The notes under the pieces: model-generated | Database searches by the model: none | Told to the model about the DNA's origin: nothing | The model's input: only the letters and a program-made list of their open reading frames with translations | Shown: piece after piece, positions 38,035 through 47,131 of the stretch | Layout of the letters: the number at the start of each line of letters is the position of its first letter | How positions within the stretch are numbered: the stretch's first letter is position 1 | Source: Mobula hypostoma | Lineage: Eukaryota | Assembly: GCF_963921235.1 (NCBI RefSeq) | Contig: NC_086120.1 | Location: 8,928,001-8,992,000, forward strand | Direction: 5' to 3' | Length of the DNA stretch: 64,000 nucleotides | Program-made: the position numbers and the translations under genes

Positions 38035-38712
38035 AGATTATTAGATTATGAGGACACGCAGTCCTCTTTTATTGTCATTTAGCAATGCATTCATTAAAAA
38101 ATGATACGATTTTCCTCCAGTGTGATATCACAGAAACACAAGACAGACCAAGACTGAAAAACTAACAAAAAACACATAATTATAACATATAGTTACAACA
38201 GTGCAAGCAATACCATAATTTGATAGAAGAACATACCATGGGCATGGTAAAAAATGTCTCAAAGTCTCTCGAAAGTCCCAACATCTCATGCAGATGGTAG
38301 AACGAAGAAAACTCTCCCTGCCATGAGCTTCCAGCCCAGCAAACTTGCCGATGCAGCATCCTGGAAGCACCCGACCACAGTCCAAATCTCAGTCCTTCTG
38401 AAAAATTCGAGCCTCCAACCAGCCCTCCGACACCGAGCACCGAGCACCATCTCTGCCGAGCGCATCGACCCCAGCCCCGGACGTCAGCAACAGGCAAAGC
38501 CGAGGATTTGGGGCCTTCCCGTCTGGAGATTCTGGATCGCACAGTAGCAGCGGCAGCGAACTGGGCATTTCAGAAGTTTCTCCGGATGTTCCTCAGTGCT
38601 TCTCACGTCTGTCTCCATCAAATGAGGATTGTGCACGGCCCCTATTTAACAAATATGATATCATTTCACCGGAGAGGCCGCGCGCGCTGCGTAGCGCTGC
38701 CATCTTCTCCTC
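38035..38712 (-). mobile_element. Unclassified non-autonomous retroelement-like repeat with AAGATGGC head
   Basis: Minus strand begins GGAGGAGAAGATGGCAGCG, GC-rich then AT-rich, ending in an AATCTAATAATCT short tandem tail. Confidence 0.4.
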
Positions 38713-41489
38713 CGTCCACGGTGTGGAGTGAAGAAATTGGGAAATATCAGACAATTATCAACCTTATTAGCTGCACAAAAACAAGAAGGTTTTACTTGGG
38801 AGGTGCCAGCGCTAAATTCACTGTCTCATACGCACAGGTCATCATAAGAGACTGGATAATAGTGAAGCATAATGGTTATATGAGAAAGTGAAGCCATTTG
38901 GCCTGTTCACCTCAGACCAGCTCGATACTAAAAACATTACATGCCCCAGCCCACTACCCACAACCCTGCAATTTCAGATATGTATATGGCTGTCTCTAAA
39001 TATTACAATTGAATCTCCCCGCACTAACGTCAGTGTAATAGAGATAGATCTAACTGAAGTGAACTCACATGTGGCCACACATAACACAAATTTTTTTTTG
39101 AACTCAAAGCATTCAGCAAAATTCTCTCAAAGGTTAAACATTCAGAATACTCCCAAACACAGTACATTTGTAGAAAATTCTCGGGTCCAAGACGAGATAT
39201 TTTTATCTACTATCTACATATTTCCAAGAAAGGATAATTTGTGACTTGGAAGTGAACTTACAGGTGGCATTTCCTGCTCATTCTGCCCTTGTGTACTTGG
39301 TAATACAGCTCAAAGAATTGGAAGGTGGTGTTTGAGTAACCAGGGGAAGTAACAACATGATATTTTATCAGGGGTGTATAGAATGAATGTTGATGTTTGT
39401 TTGTTTAAACTTATCACAATTCTGTTGCATAGGCCACAGACTAGAGTCCTCTATCCTGGACCAGTCTTTCAAGTTGTCTCCAGGTGAAGCCCATACATGA
39501 AGATCCCTCCTTTCCCAGGACACCTTTTATCCTCCATTACACTGCTACTTTCCCATGTTCTCATTCCTTCCTACTCCAGTGAACCTTCCTCTGAGGATGC
39601 TGGTCAGAGCTCTGGTCCCACAGTCTGGTCTGAGCTGATGACAACCCCCACCCAACCCACACACACACAAGCTCACCCATGAACTGATCCCAATCACCCA
39701 TGGATCTACAGCCATCCTCCTGCACTATTTCCTCAGGCTAACATTTATCTGCACCTTACTACACCCACACTCATCCCATTCAATTACATTTCTTTTCCTT
39801 CACATTCTCTTCAATTTACGTCAGATTCTTCCGCTCACCAACACTCCTGGACCAATTTGTAGCAGCGAGTTCATCTACCAACCTGCACCCCTTTGACATG
39901 TGGAAGGAAACTGCAGCAGCCAAAGGAATAAAGCAGGGATATAGACCTGGGGGAAGCAGATAGCTTCAGTTGAACTTGACATCATTATTGGCACATGGGC
40001 TAGGTGGCCTATTCCTTTGAGATACAGTTGGATATTCTGCTCTTCAAACTAAGAACTATTCCTCTTTCTTTTCCTCTGCCTGCACGATGAACCCACTTGT
40101 CTGGTCATGCCTCTGTCCTTAGAGGAAGACTATCATCAATCAGTACTCTGAATATCATACAGTTAGAGAGCAGGAAGTCCTCAAGGATCTGCTGACCTAC
40201 CTGCCTGCACTTCAGTCTACCTGGTGATCTGCCAATCTCCCTGCTTTATGCACTCACATTAGCTACACGATGACCAGCTCCTGAAACCTGCTGCACCAGA
40301 AACATTCAGCCTTGTGGATGGATTGCTGTTGCTCAAGCTCTGAATCCCAGAGGATATGTTCTTCCAGCTGAAAACACCTCCTGTACCCATCACTGTGCAG
40401 AAAACAGGAAAGCTCCTGAGGTCCCACATTGTCTCAGTTAACCATTCCCATTGCTGTGAGATTCCCTGCCAGATCCTTTTTTATCAGACTGTCTCGATTA
40501 ACAAGAAAAATCTACACTTGAAACACCAGCCTTATTATACGACTTTGTAATGAGCTCTTCAGACTTGTCTGACAAGCCGGAGAGCATTAGGCTCTGAGGT
40601 TTCGAAGAGCAGCTTGTTTGGTCAATTGTTGCTAATCATTTAAAAGTTACTTGTGTTTTTCTTTTTGAGCAACTTACTCTCTGTAATGCAGTCTCTGGGT
40701 GTTTAATGTCTAAACTTGCTAAGACTCAGGGATTCCATCTTACTTGTAATATTTAAGCGGAGGCCCAATTAGCGCTAGTTGTGGGGTTCTTGTTTTGAGA
40801 ATATTACATCTCGGGGTGTTGCTCGGCCAAGCCACTGATGTTCTGTTGAAATTCTTATGAATAAACTTTGGTTGTCGTCTCTTCATTGGACTCTTTTTCC
40901 TCCACATTTAGGTTCCAACATTGCCAGCACATATTATGACAGCAACACACACAAATTTCTGGAGGAACTCAGCAGGTCAGGCAGCATCTATATTCATAAA
41001 AAATATTTGGAAGAATAAACCATGCTGCAGTGCCTCGTCATTTTTTTTAAAAAGTTGTTAAGTAGTGTTCAGTTAAATTCCTTCAAGCCAATAACACTGT
41101 TGCCACTTATGTGGTTTCCGAGGGTGGTATACTTAGTGCAACAATTCTGAAGCTTTCTCACCAACCTGGTCTCTCACTTTCCCTTCGTGGAAGAAACCTT
41201 CACTGTGGTCCTACCCCACCAAGCCCTTACAAGTGGCTGCACCAAGCATCCAGCTGACTGGGACATTGCGCGACAAAGGTCCATACTTGTCCTTCTCAAC
41301 ACCAGGGACAGAGAAAACTTTGATAGTGGTACTTGGTGCCCATGTACTTAGAGTCTTCCACAGAGAGTCGAAAGCAACCACACATGAATGTAAACATCAG
41401 GAATTCTGCAGATACTGGAAATTCAAGCAACACACATCAAAGTTGCTGGTGAACGCAGCAGGCCAGGCAGCATCTCTAGGAAGCGGTAC

Positions 41490-41525
41490 AATCAACGTTT
41501 CAGGCCGAGACCCTTCGTCAGGACT
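41490..41525 (-). ncRNA. Minimal hammerhead ribozyme (core intact, GUU site)
   Basis: Minus strand AGTC-CTGACGA-AGGGTCTCGGCCT-GAAACGTT/GATT. Confidence 0.65.
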
Positions 41526-43024
41526 AACTGAAAGAAGAGTTAGTAAGAGATTTGAAAGTGGGAGGGGAAGGGGGAGATCCAAAATGATAGGAGAAGACAA
41601 GAGGGGGAGGGATGGAGACAAGAGCTGTACAGGTGATTGGCAAAGGGGATATGAGAGGATCATGGGACAGGAGGCCCAGGGAGAAAGACAAGGGGTGGGG
41701 GGGAAACCCAGAGGATGGGCAAGGGGTATAATGAGAGGGACAGAGGGAGTAAAAGGAGAGTGAGAGAAGGAATGTGTGTATAAAAATAAATAACGGATGG
41801 GGTATGAGGGGGAGGTGGGGCATTAGCAGAAGTTAGAGAAGTCAATGTTCATGGCGTCAGGTTGGAGGCTACCCAGATGGAATGTAAGGTGTTGTTCCTC
41901 CAACCTGAGTGTGGCTTCATCTTTACCGTAGAGGAGGCCGTGGATAGTTATGTCGGAATGGGAATGGGATGTGGAATTAAAATGTGTGGCCATGGGCGAT
42001 CATACTTTCTCTGGCGGACAGAGCGTAGGTGTTCAGCAAAGCGGTCTCCCTGTCTGCGTCGGGTCTCACCAATATATAGAAGGCCACAGCGGGAGCACCG
42101 GATGCAGTATATCACCCCAGCTGGCTCACAGGTCAAGTGTCTCCTCACCTGGAATGACTGTCTGGGGCCCTGAATGGTGGTAAGGGAGGAAGTGTAAGGG
42201 CATGTGTAGCACTTGTTCCGCTTACAAGGATAAGTGCCAGGAGGGAGATCAGTGGGGAGGGATGGGGGGGACAAATGTATATCATGCCAGCCATTCGACC
42301 CCCCCATCCCTCCTGGCACTTATCCTTGTAAGCGGAACAAGTGCTACACATGCCCTTACACTTCCTCCCTTACCACCATTCAGGGCCCCAGACAGTCATT
42401 CCAAGTGAGGAGACACTTCACCTGTGAGTCGGCTGGGGTGATATACTGCATCCGGTGCTCCCAATGTGGCCTTCTATATATTGGCGAGACCCAACGCAGA
42501 CTGGGAGGCCGCTTTGCTGAACACCTACGCTCTGTCCGCCAGAGGAGGCATGATTTCCCAGTGGCCACACGTTTTAATTCCACATCCCATTCCCATTCTG
42601 ACATGTCTATCCACGGCCTCCTCTACTGTAAAGATGAAGCCACACTCAGGTTGGAGGAACAACACCTTATATTCCATCTAGGTAGCCTCCAACCTGATGG
42701 CATGAAGATTGGCTTCTCTAACTTCCGCTAATGCCCCACTTCCCCCTCATACCCCATCCGTTATTTAGTTTTATACACACATTCTTTCTCTCACTCTCCT
42801 TTTTCTCCCTCTGTCCCTCTGACTATACCCTTTGCCCATCCTCTGGGTTCCCCCTCTCCCCCTTTTTTTCCTGGGTCTCCTGTCCCATGATCCTCTCATA
42901 TCCCCTTTGCCAATTACCTGTCCAGCTCTTGGCTCTATCCCTCCCCCTCCTGTCTTCTCCCATCATTTTGGATCTCCCCCTCCCCCTCCTACTTTCAAAT
43001 CTCTTACTAACTCTTCCTTCAGTT

Positions 43025-43060
43025 AGTCCTGACAAAGGGTCTCGGCCTGAAACATCGACT
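43025..43060 (+). ncRNA. Hammerhead remnant, G8>A (predicted inactive)
   Basis: AGTC-CTGACAA-AGGGTCTCGGCCT-GAAACATC/GACT. Confidence 0.6.
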
Positions 43061-43699
43061 ATACCTCTTCCTAGAGATGCTGCCTGGCCTGCTGCGCTCA
43101 CCGGCAACTTTGATGTGTGTTGCACACATGAATGTGCTCATCAGGGTGAGGATGACATTACATATGTTATTGCCTCGGTTCTCCAAGGACTTGTGCGTTG
43201 TGATCAGTCTTATTCACTCCATCTTGGATTCCCAGATGAATCAAAGGATGGTCCAGGTCATTTCAAAACTAGAAGAATAGGGTTTGCATTTCAACAAAGG
43301 CTCTATGCAGTAGACAAAGAAGAAAGGAGAACAAATTCTGTTGCCCACTGTGTCTTCCACATTCTCAGGTATTTCATCTATTCATCTTTTAACAGAGTTG
43401 TCACTGACAGGCATTACTTTAATTAATTGGTCTGGTGATTTATGCAAAACTGTACTCAAAACCTCCCTTATGGCAGGCTTAAATGTTCTTCTCCAATTGT
43501 ATGGAGCTTTCCAGATTTATAAATCAGTAATGAAATGTTGTAAAAAGCTCACAAACCATCACTCCTGTAAAGTGCTGGCAAACATTTTAGAAGTGGTTTT
43601 CATTTGTGAAAGTTTACACGATCTGACTGAAAGAAAAATAAGCAATCCTTCAAAACACCCACACAAAAACTGCATTACAGCAAAATGCTGTGAATTCAT

Positions 43700-45310
43700 T
43701 CATAGAACCATAGAACCATAGAAAACTCTACAGCACAATACAGGCCCTTTGGCCCACAAAGCTGTGCTGAACATGCCCTTACCTCGGAAATTACCTGGAG
43801 TTACCCATTGCCCTCTATTTTTCTGAGCTCCATGTACCAGTCAAGGCATCTCTTAAAAGACCCTATCATATCCGCCTCCACCATCATCGCTGGCATCCCA
43901 TCCTATGCGCTCAGCACTCTCTGCATAATGACTTACCCCTGACATCTCCTCTGTACCTACTTCCAAGCACCTTAAAACTGTGCCCTCTCGTGCTAGCCAT
44001 TTCAGCCCTGGGAAAAAGCCTTTGACAATCCACACGATCAATGCCTCTCATCACCTTATACACCTCTATCGGGTCACCTCTCATCCTACGTCGGTCCAAG
44101 GAAAGAAGGCTGAGTTCACTCAACCTATTCTCATAAGGCACCCTGCCCAATCCAAACAACATCCTTGTAAATCTCCTCTGCTACCTTTCTATCGTTTCCA
44201 CATCCTTCCTGCAGTGAGACGATCAGAACTGAGCACAGTATTCCAAGTGGGGTCTGACCAGGGTCCTTACATTACCTCTTTGCTCTTTGAGTTCACATGA
44301 CTGATGAACGCCAATACACCATATGCTTTCTTAACCACAGAGTCAATCTGCACAGCAGCTTTGAGTGTCCTTTGGACTCAGTCACCAAGATCCCTCTGAT
44401 CCTCCACACTGCCAAGAGTCTTACCATTAATACTATATTCTGCCATCATATTTGACCTACCAAAATGAACCACCTCACACTTATCTGGGTTGAACTCCAT
44501 CTGCCACTTCTCAGCCCAGTGTTGCATCGTATTAATGTCTCACTGTAACTTCTGACAGCCCACCACACTATGCACAACACCTCCAAACTTTGTGTCATCA
44601 GCAAATTTATTATCCCTTCCTTCTACTTCCTCATCCAGATCATTTATAAAAATCACGTAGAGTAGGGGTCCCGGAACAGAACCCCGAGGCACACCACTGG
44701 TCACCAACCTCCATGCAGAATATGACCCGTCTACAACCACTCTTTGCCATCTGTGGGCATGCCAGTTCTGAATTGACAAAGCAATGCCCCATGCCTGCTT
44801 ACTTCCTCAATAAGCCTGGCATGGGGTACTTTGTCAAATGCCTTGCTGAAATCCATATACACTACATCTACTGTCCTAACCTCGTCAATGTGTTTAGTCA
44901 CTTCCTCAAAAAAATTCCATCAGGCTTGTCAGGCTCGACCTGCCTTTCACAAAGCCACTCTGACTATTCCTAATCATATTACACCTCTCCAAATGTTCAT
45001 AAATACTGCCTCTCAGGATCTTCTCCATCAAATAACCAACCACTGAAGTAAGACTCACTGGTCTGTAATTTCCTGGGCTATCTCTACCCTCTTTCTTGAA
45101 TAATGGAAAAACTTCCACAATCCTCCAATCCTCCAGAACCACTCCCATCCCCATTGATGGTGCAAAGATCATCGCCAGAGGCTCAGGAATCTCTTCCCTT
45201 GCCTCCCACAGTTGCCTGGTCTGGTCCCGGTAACTTATCCAATTTGATGCTTTCCAAAAGCTCCAGCACATCTTCTTTCTTAATATCCACATGCTCAAGC
45301 TTTTCAGTTT
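43700..45310 (-). mobile_element. CR1 LINE (family-2-like), degraded 3' part
   Basis: (CATAGAAC)n tail on the left; GVPRGSVPGP, KFADD and NYRPVSLTSVVG in ORFs 43911-45364. Confidence 0.85.
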
Positions 45311-46593
45311 GATCTGAAAACTCTGTTTAGAAATCAGTTCCGATTGGGTAGATATGCACACCATACTTATGTTATTTCAAATGGCCAGACTGATTGATAG
45401 TTACAACTCAGCTAGCGTTCTAAATATAAAATAAGGTATCATTGTCTCTGATGAAAGTCAGATATTCAAACCCTGTTTCTCTCTCAAGCGGACACCGTCA
45501 CAATTGTTTCTGCTCTATTTCGCTTTTGATCAATATTTAAACGCGGAAAGTTCGAAAGCAAAATTTTCTAGCAGGCCAGCTATAAAGCTCTGGATGCCCT
45601 TTTTTTGTATTTAAAAAAAAATGAATACCCCTTTTTTCATGGAGTCTGCCATGCGCCAGTTGGAAGCATAGCATTGTGCATTTCCAGCAGGTCCCTCGGA
45701 ACCGAGTATCGGAATCTGAGATTTTTATTCGATTGGAAAGAATGGATGGAGCCAGTCAGCTCCTCCAGGTCATTGTTTGGTCCTGACTCTCCCGCTTGCT
45801 GTCGTCTGGGGACGGAGGACAGCAAATTCCGGGAGGCTGTGCTGCCTGTGGCCTTTCTGTAGAACATGTCACAACCACGGGCTCTGCCGCAGGGACTGCG
45901 CGTCCTCAAAGGCGGGCTGCGGAACAGGTTCGGCAATCGTGCTCGTAAATATGGAAGTTCCCGCTAATTAGAGTTTCATTGTGATGGCAGCTTACTTCGT
46001 TCCTCTTGTTCCAGTTCTGTCGAGCCTTGAGAAATACCAGAGCAACGCCAATGGTCCCCACTTCCCATTGTCCAGGTTCCAGGTATTCTCTCCGCAATTG
46101 GTCTTTACCGGCCCGGCGCAGTCTGTCAGACAGGTTATTTTACATCAAAATCAACTTTATTCATAACAAAAAATATTTACAAAAAAAAATGTAATTCCAT
46201 TTCATTCTTACATTCATGGCCAATACTTTCAGTTCTGTCCTTTCCATTCCTTAAAGCTAATTGGGCTGTTGCCACTCACGGGCCCCTCGGTGATACACTG
46301 CTACGATAATAGAGGGGCTTCCACACCCAGTCCGGGTTCTCCCTCTCCAGTAGCGGGAGAACGCTAAACTGGGGTCATATAGGTTAGAATTCACATTAAA
46401 ATATACGTCATTCACACTGAAAAAAACATTTACAAGAATAAACCTTTTAATTCTTACATTCACAGTCAATACTTTCCGCACTGATCTGAATCCCTACAGC
46501 TGGAACGAATTCAAACCCTCAAACTGCCAAAGTGGGTTTGAACTCCATGACGGAATGATTGATGTGGGAACAGGAAGCCTGCACTGCTCTATC

Positions 46594-46721
46594 ACAAACA
46601 AGATAAGATCTGCCGATGCTGGAAATCCAAGCAACACACACGAAATGCTGGAGGAACTCAGCAGGCCAGGCAGCATCTATGGAAAACAGTACTGTCGACG
46701 TTTCGGGCCAAGACCCTTCAA
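46594..46721 (-). mobile_element. Short PLE pLTR 3' end, truncated inside its hammerhead
   Basis: Minus strand TGAAGGGTCTTGGCCCGAAACGTCGAC plus the 36-nt tail; AAGCCTGCACTG repeated at 46575-46586 and 46722-46733. Confidence 0.7.
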
Positions 46722-46963
46722 AAGCCTGCACTGTCCTGCCCTGTTGTCACTGGAGGTGTGAGGGGCATCTGTGGACCGAAGGAAGGAATCAGGGAAATAA
46801 AGGCAGAGTTTGGGAAATGTCAGACAATGAATGACTTTTTCATTCGCAAATATTTTAACAGTTCAGTCGGTTGCTAACAATGTCGCCGCCTCAACCCGAT
46901 GGTACGTGACAGCATATGGGAGGATTTCCGATCCCCGCTCTGGTTGGTCAGTGTCAGTCACCC

Positions 46964-47005
46964 TGATTTGCATTGATTCCCTCCCCGGTGTGAATGGCTC
47001 TATAA
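46964..47005 (+). promoter_or_regulatory. Ig light-chain promoter: decanucleotide/octamer TGATTTGCAT (46964-46973) and TATAA (47001-47005)
   Basis: ATTTGCAT in light-chain orientation 113-120 bp upstream of the ATG; TATA-like box 27 bp downstream of it. Confidence 0.85.
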
Positions 47006-47085
47006 CTGGGCTCCATTGGCAGCGGCGGCCAGTCAGTCACAGATCCATCGACAGACAGGCGGCAGGAAGCTGACGGGCAGCAACG

Positions 47086-47131
47086 ATGCGGACGCTGTGC
47101 TTTTTCTGGTCTCTGGCAGTGTGGCTGGGCT
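47086..47131 (+). CDS. IgL leader exon (MRTLCFFWSLAVWLG)
   Basis: ATG at 47086, hydrophobic peptide, donor T|GTAAGT; 86-bp intron ending TTTTTCACAG at 47217. Confidence 0.9.

Larger units (their letters stand above)
41392..43122. mobile_element. Penelope-like fold-back insertion (two inverted GIY-YIG+pLTR arms)
   Basis: Minus arm 41392-~42270 and plus arm ~42299-43122; 13-bp TSD CACACATGAATGT (41379-41391 / 43123-43135); GIY-YIG ORFs on both strands. Confidence 0.92.
41030..43690 (-). mobile_element. Tx1/L1-type LINE RT remnant, split by the PLE at 41392-43122
   Basis: Rejoined flanks read FIWESKME*IRL..HKSLENRGNNICNVILTLMSTFMCGCFRLSVEDSKYMGTKYHY, resembling Tx1-like RT C-termini. Confidence 0.55.

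Noticed and set aside
40548-40920. Possible solo LTR (TGT...ACA with AATAAA)
   Set aside because: No target-site duplication, PPT or partner LTR seen.
42731-43426. 231-aa ORF and related pyrimidine/purine-rich ORFs (41233-41763, 15178-15640, 47688-48224)
   Set aside because: Translations of the low-complexity PLE pLTR running into flanking DNA.
46150-46500. Imperfect ~60-bp direct repeat upstream of the IgL promoter
   Set aside because: Most likely decayed retroelement 3' ends on the minus strand; no support for a regulatory role.
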